Positions 54,308 through 64,000 of a stretch of 64,000 nucleotides of DNA are shown here, piece after piece. Under the pieces are notes generated by a model, which had not been told where the DNA came from, did not search any database, and saw nothing but the letters and a program-made list of their open reading frames with translations. The translations under genes and the position numbers were made by a program. Numbering within the stretch: position 1 is the stretch's first letter; the number at the start of each line of letters is the position of its first letter. The DNA is from Octopus vulgaris (taxonomy: Eukaryota). The stretch is taken from NCBI GenBank assembly GCA_951406725.2, contig OX597825.1:63178001-63242000 (forward strand). Reading direction: 5' to 3'.

Positions 54308-54611
54308 TTGGACTAAAGATTTTTGTTAACATAACATGGCAGGTTTAGGATGAATGTTGCTGTAATTTAGTCCCAGTAAATTGCAATACACAGATATTGT
54401 TTTGAGCTGAGTGGGGGTGCTAGATTCCCTTATTTGAAAATATAAGAACACAGATTGTGTTGTATAGCCAGCTGGAGATGGTGTCTCCTAGGTCTAAACT
54501 ACAGCAACATTCATCCTAAACCAGGACTGCCATGTTCTGTTGGCAAAAATCTTTACTTCAGAGTACTGTTGCTGAATATCTCTCATTGTGAGATTTTAAA
54601 ATAGTAATTTT
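54308..54611. mobile_element. Unclassified 304-bp insertion with 13-bp TSD and internal inverted repeat
   Basis: tggatgaaatact at 54295-54307 and 54612-54624; 54315-54376 is inverted relative to 54487-54555; second copy at ~31720-31960. Confidence 0.7.
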
Positions 54612-55168
54612 TGGATGAAATACTGCTAAGCATTTCAGCCAATGTACTAATGATTATGCTACTTCATCACCTTTTTGGACCCCAGCAGAATTTGTACCAG
54701 CTCCCTGCCTTAGGTAGATATAAATATTGTTAATTGTAACATATATCAGAATTCTATACAATTAGCTGATGAAAATAAGTAAAGGATTTAATTCTGTAAA
54801 AGATGGTTAACTGAAGAACATTGATATTGTATTTGAGAATCAATGAAATGTTTAAAGAGAACCAAGAAAGAAACAAGCACGGCTAATTTGATACGTGATG
54901 TGAATAAAGAAATTTTCTTCACAAATTCCTCGAAAATCTATTTAGAAAATTAGTGAAGTGTCAACCAATCTTTAAGAAAGAAGAATATTTGTACAGTTAC
55001 AATTAAGACTTACTCATGTTTTCTAGAAAACTGTGTCTTGTGGCAGATTAGAAGGATAATAAGCATGATATACATGTGTGTGCGTGTGTATGTTATATGT
55101 TATATATATGCATGTATACATGATATATACATATGTAAATATCTATCTATCTATTCATATATATATAG

Positions 55169-55216
<48 letters not shown>

Positions 55217-55426
55217 TTTATATTATGATATAGTCGATGTTGACTACACTTTCATAAATTCAATTTTTTTTGCCTGAGGAGCAATCAGCAGATGTTATGT
55301 CAATAAAAGAAATAAATTATGGATACACACATAAATACACACTGTCAAACAAATACCTTCTTTCACTTGGTTCAGACATTTGATTGCTGTCATGCATATA
55401 TATGTGTATCAATACATATATTTTTA

Positions 55427-55561
55427 TTATTATTTAGCAGAAGCTACAGAGTGACTCAAAGTCCTTAAGTTTCATGTTTTGGCACTAATCAAATATCAAT
55501 AAGTGCCAATGTATGAAAAACTCGGAACCAGAGTCACTCTGTAGCTACTACTAAATAATAA
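55427..55561. repeat. Long imperfect hairpin
   Basis: agctacagagtgactc/gagtcactctgtagct (16 bp perfect), outer ttattatttag/ctaaataataa, inner ttggcact/agtgccaa. Confidence 0.9.
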
Positions 55562-55835
55562 CAAAAATATACATATACTCATATTTTGTGTTGTATTTTT
55601 CATATTTGCATCATGTTACCTATATATAAAGATGCACCATGGAATTTTGTCAGTGATCAGGTCATAGTCTCAAAGCAACGAAAATATTTTGGCAAATTAA
55701 ATTTAAATGTTGAAGTGAATCCAACGGTTTTTGTGTGTTTTTAAATGGCTTATAAACACCTTCCATGCTGCAATTGTTTTTGCTTCACCACACGATCTCA
55801 GATCAGGTCACTTGCTATGCAAGTTAATCCCTGTA

Positions 55836-55867
<32 letters not shown>

Positions 55868-55894
55868 GTATGTATATATATATATGTATGTATG

Positions 55895-55937
<43 letters not shown>

Positions 55938-55944
55938 TCACATA

Positions 55945-56756
55945 CAGGGAGTGGTGAATAAACTATTGTCTAAATTATGCAAAAATGAAAATAACATTGA
56001 CATCTCAATTTAACAGATATTTACCAAAATTGTATAATAATATTTTATAATACTAACGAGTAAATTTACTCAATAAAATCGCTATTGGCCTCAACCTCTT
56101 CTGCAACTCTTCTGGACAGTCACTTTGTTTAAGTTGGTGAATGCTGCCAAAATTCTTGCATTCTGTTCATCTTTGATGTTATAAGGAGTTTTGTTGGTCT
56201 CTCACTCAGCTGTACCCCACATATAATAATCAAGGGGGTTGCAGTCTGGGGAGTTAGGTGGCGTGATGTCAGGGGTGATGTGGTCACAGAAATAGCCTGA
56301 CAGCTATGACTGGGTTCTCCTGCTTTGTGTGGCATGGTGCAGAGTCCTGTTGTTAGACACAGGGTCTTCCAGCAGCCACTGTCTTGACCCAGGACGGAAC
56401 CACCTCCTACAGTCACTTGATGTAGGCCTCCGTGTTGAGTCTGAGGTCGTATGGGAAGATGCATGGAGGTATAAGGCCCACTTCAAACACCCCTATGTCT
56501 TCAGATTACACTGTCCTCAAATTGACACCCAAACATTCTGAAATGTTCATATTGGAGCTGCAGGTGCGAATGCCTAACAGTACAGCATGTTGTTTCCATA
56601 CTTCTGCCAGAGCAAATTGTGTCAGGGTGTTGTTTTTCTCACAGACAGTGCCCAACTTACCCTACTATACTGTGTAGTCAACAAAATCAAAAACAAATAA
56701 TGAACATGTGCAAAATTAAAAATATAAAATGACAACAATTTACCCATCACACCCTG
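55945..56756 (-). mobile_element. Deleted Tc1/mariner-superfamily element (maT/DD37D-like)
   Basis: TA-flanked TIRs cagggagtggtgaataaactattgtc / gacaacaatttacccatcacaccctg; decayed PPN(S)PDCNPLDYYMWG motif on the minus strand. Confidence 0.8.
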
Positions 56757-57430
56757 TACATATTTATGTGTGTTCAAATGTATACATGTGTGGTGTGTGT
56801 GTGTGTGTGTGTGTGTGCATGTGTGTTGGTATGTTTTGTGTGTTGTCTGTGTGTGAGTTAATGTTTGGTGATAAGACACATTAAGCTAGTATGCTGTGAA
56901 TGAATGTTGCCTTGGGTTCTTTTGACAAGTATGTGCATTTGTTCAAAATCTGTGCATAATATACAAGATCTATTTATCTTTTAAAAGTACAGAATTCTTT
57001 ATATAATATTTTAATTCTGATATAGTCATATTTTCAGAATTCAATGAACTCATGAATCGTGGAATCTCTATGAGTTTTACTGTTACTGTTAAATATTTTG
57101 CATGTTGTAGTGTTCTATGTAAAGAAATTTGTTTCCAAATCACATATGTGCTATCTTAGGTGTCTTGCACTATCGCCCCTGGGCCAACCAAGGCCTTGTG
57201 AATGGGTTTGGTTGACAGAAATTGAAAGAAAGATGCCTGTGTACATACACACGCACACAAACACCCACACCCACACATTTACATATATATACATATATAT
57301 ATATACATTGTATATACATTTATATTATATGTATAGATAGATAGATAGGTATACAGATATGAATATATAAACATGCACATACATATGTATGTATGTATAT
57401 AAGTATATATATGTATATATATATATGTAA

Positions 57431-57469
<39 letters not shown>

Positions 57470-57582
57470 TATGTATGCAAGTATATATATATATAAATAT
57501 ATATACATACATGCATACATATACATATATATATATACATACACACATATATCAATATATATGCATTCATATATATATATAC

Positions 57583-57623
<41 letters not shown>

Positions 57624-59656
57624 TACATACACATATATATGCATACATACACACACACACACACACACATATATAAACACATGCATATTTACACACACAC
57701 ATACAAATACACACACACACACATACTAATAGCCAAAGAGAACATTGTTATGCATGTAAACGTGACCTCCACTACTCTGTGTTACTTCCTGATCATTATT
57801 GTATTTTCCCTCTCGGTTTCTCTTCAACTATTTAAGTGAGTCAAAATCTGCCAAATGAGAAATTGAACTTATGAACTCCATCATATGACTGTCTATATAT
57901 GCTTTTGTTAATAAATGTGTTCAATCTTAAAATATGGCAGGAGTATAATATACATGAAGCCAGAATTATTTTCCAAACATCACAAGAGGTCATAAATTAT
58001 ACAAAATTGTCTTTCATTGAAAACTGAATATTTACCATTCTAGGTTTCAACACAAATTTTCGTTTGTTACTGATGTTGGATAAACCTTTTGCTATTGTCG
58101 GATGAAACTTTTAGTATCATTGGATAAATATTTTTCCTCGTATCGTTACGAAATAATAATACACATTATAATGACAGCTATGCTAGCTTAGATACGTTAA
58201 ATCTATAAAATGACACTAAATCGATTCTGATCATTTCTTCTGTTAATCTTCACCTTTTTAGGTCATTGCTGACCAGCCATCTCTAAATATTAGTTTTTCA
58301 ATCTCTATTCCGACTACTATTCCACCTGCTCATAACAACCTTACAGGGTTGCCTCATCTGCTAAATAAACAACCAAATTTTCCTCAATTTAACCCTAACT
58401 GTCTTTATCAGGGCTAATCAAGGGTTGAACAACAGTAACACTTTCTCACAAGTCTGTGAGAGAGCCTTGATAGGGTAAGTTAACTTATGAGAAATAACAG
58501 TCAGATTTCACTCAGTTTATATGCCACTATCATAAAAAAGGAAGAGCAAATTGCATACTATAGTTTTAGATACGTGTTTGATAATTGGTGATCAATGAAG
58601 GGTATGATTTCGTTATGTGACACTCAAACAGAGAATACAACAGTGAATGGGTCTCAATAATCATGACTGACTTTACCTATAATAACCTCTATGAGACCTT
58701 ACAAACAATGAAGCTATGGAAGTGGCATTCTTTTCTACTCTAGGCACAAGGCCCGAAATTTTGGGGTGGAGGCAAGTCAATTAGATCGACCCCAGTACAC
58801 AACTGGTACTTAATTTATTGACCCCCAAAAGGATGAAAGGCAAAGTCGACCTCAGCAATGGAACTCAGAATGTAAAGACAGACGAAATACCACCAGCATG
58901 CTAACGTTTCTGCCAGCTCACTGCCTTGCTATGGAAATGATATTATTGGGCTATTGCAGACCTTTTGAGATAGTAGCAAATAAAATAAGATCTGACTATT
59001 ACTTTAGACTAGTACAAGAAAAAAGTAAAACAAATGAAAGAAAAATGCAATTTCTAAGTCGCTCCCAAGAAGCTTCTATCAGTTGCGACCAGAATCATGA
59101 TTAGTTTAAATTGAGAATTTGCACAGCATCATCTCTACCCTTTCACCTTATGTTATTTTGAGCTAGTGATATGACTTGGTCAGAATGGTGGTAGATGAGA
59201 CTTGATCCTTGACTTAAAACTATGTGTGGGCTCTACTTAGTTACTTCCATTAGGGCTTTTCTTCTTAGCTTTGTATCTTCCCTAGCTTATTTCTGTCAAT
59301 AACAATCCATTGTCTTGTTACAAGACAGACAGAAAAGGTTTGAATTCGGAGATTTCTGTCTCCTAAATGGCAGTTCTGGTTGAAAATTTGGGACTACCTT
59401 ACTAGTTTTAACTGCACAATTGGCCACAAACTCAAGTATTTCTACATCCTTCTACACTAATACTAAGCAGCTACTGATCCTTTACTGAATTCATTTATCT
59501 TTTCAAAAATTTTGTGTTAGTCCTGTTTTTTCTAGCTACCACCATGCGTAAGATAATTTAGAGTGAATGTCAGTTTAGTCAAAATATAGCGTATATAATA
59601 TGTTGTACTAAAGTTATATGGAACCTGTAGCATATAAGAGTGACCTAATATAATAT

Positions 59657-59887
59657 TCTTTTACGCTTCTACTCTTTTACTTGTTTCAGTCATTTGACTG
59701 TGGCCATGCTGGAGCACCACCTTTAGTCGAGCAAATCGACTCCAGGACTTATTCTTTATAAGCCTAGTACTTATTCTATCGGTCTCTTTTGCCAAACTGC
59801 TAAGTTACAGAGATGTAAACACACCAGCATCAGTTGTCAAGCAATGCTAGGGGGGACAAACACAGACACACAAACATATACACACAC

Positions 59888-59942
<55 letters not shown>

Positions 59943-60135
59943 CACACACATATACGACAGGCTTCTTTCGGTTTCCATCTATCAAATGCACTCACAAAGC
60001 TTTGGCAAAAAGAGACCGATGGAATACGTACTAGGCTTACAAAGGACAAGTCCTGGGGTTGATTTGCTCGACTAAAGGTGGTGCTCCAGCATGGCCACAG
60101 TCAAATGACTGAAACAAGTAAAAGCGTAAAAGAGT
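59657..60135. mobile_element. Two SINE family A segments fused in inverted orientation
   Basis: Minus copy 59657-60003 joined at a tttgg microhomology to plus-strand 3' part 60001-60135. Confidence 0.8.
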
Positions 60136-60987
60136 TAAGAGAATGGTATTTGAAGCCAGAATCTTAAAATTTGGAGTAAACGTTGCTAAGTATTTATTCC
60201 AATGCCTTAACGATTCCGTCAACTTGTGACTTAGTAATTTTTTCTTAATTAGGAACAAGACAAGCAGTTTTAAGAGGGTGGGTTGATTGAAACCATCAAA
60301 CTTATTTGACCAGTACTTTATTTTATCAACCCTGAAGGTATGAGAGGTAAAGTTGGCTTTGGTGCTATTTGTAATCGAAATGTAAGGAGCTGAAATGCCT
60401 AACACAAAGTAATGTGTCCAACACTCCAATGATTTTGTTCACCATGTTAATATATGTATAAATAATACATCTCTTCTCGTGATCCCTAGGGGCATTTTCC
60501 CCATTGTAAGTGGTCAACTTCATGTTATGTCACAGTCTGATTTGTAAATATAAATCTTTTATGGATGCTTCTTGGAATCATGAATGCTAGAAATGAGTCA
60601 CGTGCCTCTGTGCAGGAATATAAATCAAATCTTTGGCTCTGAATCCCAAGAATTTGCTCTTGTAATACAAGCACATGCCAAAATAGTAAGTTAAACTTGG
60701 GAGCCTGTATGCTTTCACTTGATCAGTAAGATAGTAGCTAAATTTCCCTTATTTCATATGCTACTATCTTAAAAAACAAAGCATATACATTAACTGATGT
60801 AGTCCTATATATGATACACTGGAAAATAGTAAATGTGGAAGCACATCAAGAGTCAGTACTTGATATGCTGAAAATAGTAGCTACATTTCCCTTATATCAC
60901 AAACTACTAACCTCAGGAAAGAAGAAGAATGCATTGAAATGATGTAGTTCTAGATACATTATGCCTGAAAATAATAAACACTTGTAA

Positions 60988-61381
60988 TCTATATATATAT
61001 AAAGCTGAAGTTGTCTGTGTGTGGCAGGTTTGGTAGCCTTCAACTAACACTATCTCCTCCAAGACCCTGTGACGCAAGTTGACCAAAATTGAGAGTGTGA
61101 TAGAAAAAGGCTTGCTCTTCCTTCCATAGAAGATACAATTCAAATCAGACCATGTTAAGACAAAAAATTATTTACATCAAAAACGTGCTTTTTTTTTCTA
61201 TGAAAATCCCTATTTTTTACGATTTTTTTACTGTTGTGTTGCCATTTTTCGGTGTATTTCATCCAGAAAAATGTTCACTTAAAGAGAATAACAAGCTACA
61301 TAATGCAAAATTTTTACTTTTCAAAAATTCCAATTCTAAAGGGTCGAAACAAACCCGAGCAACGCCGGGCGATACTGCTAG
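60988..61381 (+). mobile_element. Non-autonomous Helitron
   Basis: 5' TCTATATATATATAAAG, 3' cccgagcaacgccgggcgatactgCTAG; inserted between A and T with no TSD. Confidence 0.85.
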
Positions 61382-62334
61382 TAATAGTTAAAGTAAACGA
61401 TATCGCTTTCTTATTACAAAAAAAAGAAGGGCATTTTCGGTAATGTAGTCCTAGATATACTAAACCTGAGAAAAGAAGATGGGTTCAGAAAAGCAGGGAG
61501 AATTTCGGTCATAGGACTTCTCAATCAGGACCAGCTTTAGAATAAATGACCAGAAAATCAATGACCATATCAACAAAATGTGAAAGGAATTTTTTTACTG
61601 AAATATTACAACAATCTTCTTGAACATCCTGGTTCTTCTCACCACCCACAAAACTTCCTCTTGTGAATGTCATTCTATTTCCCTTAATTTACAACACCAT
61701 TGTCCCTTGAACCCATCACCTCTGAGTATGGGGAGATAACGAATGTCTGTATCTGAATACAGACTAAACACATCTCATAAATTAGAAGTGATTGAATAGA
61801 AACTATTAAATAGATACACCTAAAAATTAAGGATATCTGAAATTAGCAATCTGTGAACTAATAAGAAAAAAGGGTGAAGACCCCCTTCAGTCCAGTCATG
61901 AATGACCATGGGATTGCACCTAGAAAGTTACTTTCCGAGGCACAAGTCTGGTGCATGGTTGTTTTCATGGAAGACCAACAGTCACCTGTGCATACTAGCC
62001 TCCCGTCTCCATGCCTCCGATGTTATCCGAGGGGAAGGCAAAGGGGTCGATACAGCTTGGCACCATTGACGTTGCAACTCATTTCTACAGCTGAGTGAAT
62101 ATGAGCAACATGAAATAAAGTGTCTTGTTCAAGAACTCAACATATAACCTGCTCTGGGAATCAAACTCACTACGTCACGATTGTAAGCCCAATGCTCTAA
62201 CCACTGAATCATGCACTTCAACCGTCTAATACCATTACATCACTACTAAGCTTTTTGTGAACCATGTGTGCTCTTTTGAGACATATGTTTATTACTTTTC
62301 CTCATAAAATCTTTCATTATGGATTGACTCGAGA

Positions 62335-63010
62335 AGGCAATGGGCTGGCAGAATCATTACTGCACTGGGCAAAATGCTTAGCAGCATTTCGTCCATCTCA
62401 ACGTTCTGAGTTCAAATTCTGCCAATGTTTATTTTGCATTTCATCCTTCCAGGGTTAATAAAATAAGTACCAGTTAAACACTGGGGATTGATGAATTGAC
62501 TAGTTCCCTCCCACAAAATTTTCAGGCCTTGTGTCTCTTTGGTAGAAAAGTAGAAAGGATTATTAATTGACTCAAGTAAAAGCAGTGAACTGGCAGAATT
62601 GTTAGCATGCCGAGCGAAATGCTTAGTGGTATATCGTCTGCAACTACGTTCTGAGTTCAAATTCTGCCGAGGTCGACTTTGCCTTTCATCCTTTCAGTGT
62701 CGATTAAATAATTTCCAGTTACACACTGGGGTCGATATAATTGACTTAATCCATTTGCCTATCCTTGTTTGTCCTTTCTGTGTGTAGCCCCTTGTGGACA
62801 GTAAAGAAATAAGAATTGGTAGCACATTGGGAAAACATTTCACAGCATTTCTTTTGACATGATGTTCTGAGTTCAAATTCTGCTGAGGTCAACTTTGCCT
62901 TTCATTCCTTCTGAATAGATAAAATAAGTACCAGTTGAATACTGGGGTTTATGTAATTGATTTACGCCTTCTTCTGAAATTGCTGACCTTGTGCCAAAAT
63001 TTGAAACTAT
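62335..63010 (+). mobile_element. Tandem SINE family B modules (three)
   Basis: Three successive family B bodies. Confidence 0.8.
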
Positions 63011-63082
63011 CATTAGTTGACCCGAGTCATCCCCAAGAAATATTTGATTGAATTCCAGTGGGTCAGAATCATCTAGAATTAA

Positions 63083-63302
63083 CCCTTTAGCATTCAAACA
63101 AGCCATATCTGGCCCAAATATTTGATCTATTTTATGTTCAAAAAGGCCAGATCCCACCTCTCACACCTAACCTACAGTGTCACTTTAAACATAGACAATC
63201 ACATCATCAAAATCATGAAGCTATGAGATAATGCAGAATTAATTTGAAATAATGTGGATAAATAAGCATTACAATTAATGAATTAATGTGAATGCTAAAG
63301 GG
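63083..63302. mobile_element. piggyBac-type MITE
   Basis: TTAA-ccctttagcattca ... tgaatgctaaaggg-TTAA, perfect 14-bp TIR. Confidence 0.85.
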
Positions 63303-63580
63303 TTAAGGTACCTCATAACTAGTGTCTTCATCTTTTCACCTTAAAAATATTTGGATGTGGTGACCTTCAGGCAGATAAAGTTGCAAACAAAATACTCAAA
63401 ATAAAAAAGAAAGAAAAATATGTTGAGATTGCTTCTAAGAGCTGACATTTATAGAAATAAAACAAAAAAAAACAAAACTCTAATTCTGGACTATAAACCT
63501 AACTTTAATCTGATTGGCTGATCTATTTTTAACTTAACCTAATTTTAACAAGTGATTTTTCCCAATTTCTGCTACATCAG

Positions 63581-63630
63581 GAATTCCACTGAGCATCAAA
63601 CCTGAGATTTCAGGTAATCAACCTGAGTGG
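63581..63630 (+). CDS. Candidate exon, unknown gene
   Basis: Acceptor ttctgctacatcag, donor gttagt; IPLSIKPEISGNQPEW, in phase with the next candidate. Confidence 0.25.
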
Positions 63631-63738
63631 GTTAGTGTCTACATATTGATTAAATTTACACATTGATTGCTGGACCTTAATTTGTGCATCGTTACTGTTG
63701 TGGTGATAATAAAAACATTTATTCTCATCAAATTGTAG

Positions 63739-63849
63739 TCTCAGAACTATGTAAATCATTTCAAAGATCAACAGGAATTAGATCAAACGTTTCCAAAGGA
63801 AGACTTGAAGTCAACTCCTGAAGATGAAAAGATTCCAAGCATGAGATGA
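63739..63849 (+). CDS. Candidate terminal exon, unknown gene
   Basis: After a 108-nt GT-AG intron reads SQNYVNHFKDQQELDQTFPKEDLKSTPEDEKIPSMR*; weak acceptor, no homology recognised. Confidence 0.22.
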   Translation, partial: SQNYVNHFKDQQELDQTFPKEDLKSTPEDEKIPSMR

Positions 63850-64000
63850 GGAGGCACCGCTTTGAATCAGACGATGATTGTGGTTATGCAATATTGTCAT
63901 TAGATTCAGCAGTTCATCAAAAGTATGGTCAGTGAACAACTATTAAAGACGTGATGATGGTCGTTTAGAGAATCCGTGGGCTAAGACTATGGGCCTTCAC

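Noticed and set aside
1-64000. CRISPR arrays, operons or other prokaryotic/viral systems
   Set aside because: No repeat-spacer arrays or gene-dense regions; the sequence is eukaryotic repeat-rich DNA.

Overview
This is AT-rich eukaryotic DNA, dense in microsatellites and almost entirely intronic or intergenic. The repeat content (tRNA/CORE-type SINEs with internal CA/TA tracts, Meta-like SINEs, and mariner, Tigger, Helitron, piggyBac, RTE, CR1 and R4 relics) suggests a coleoid cephalopod, probably Octopus; this is an inference. Nearly all ORFs in the supplied track are microsatellite or SINE artefacts. The only recognisable protein sequences are decayed transposon proteins. A few exon-like segments have good splice signals but could not be assigned to a gene. 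The main hidden signal is RNA-structural: about ten minimal type-I hammerhead ribozyme (HHR) motifs or relics with palindromic helix III, the form known from Penelope-like elements and retrozymes, in several unrelated short non-coding elements mostly next to (TA)n/(CA)n tracts. One HHR (46987-47086) looks catalytically intact and lies in a 594-nt unit with a 29-nt terminal direct repeat. Another family joins a tRNA-derived Pol III head to tandem HHRs (4100-4790, diverged relative at 50043-50378). All calls were made by eye; no folding or database searches were run.
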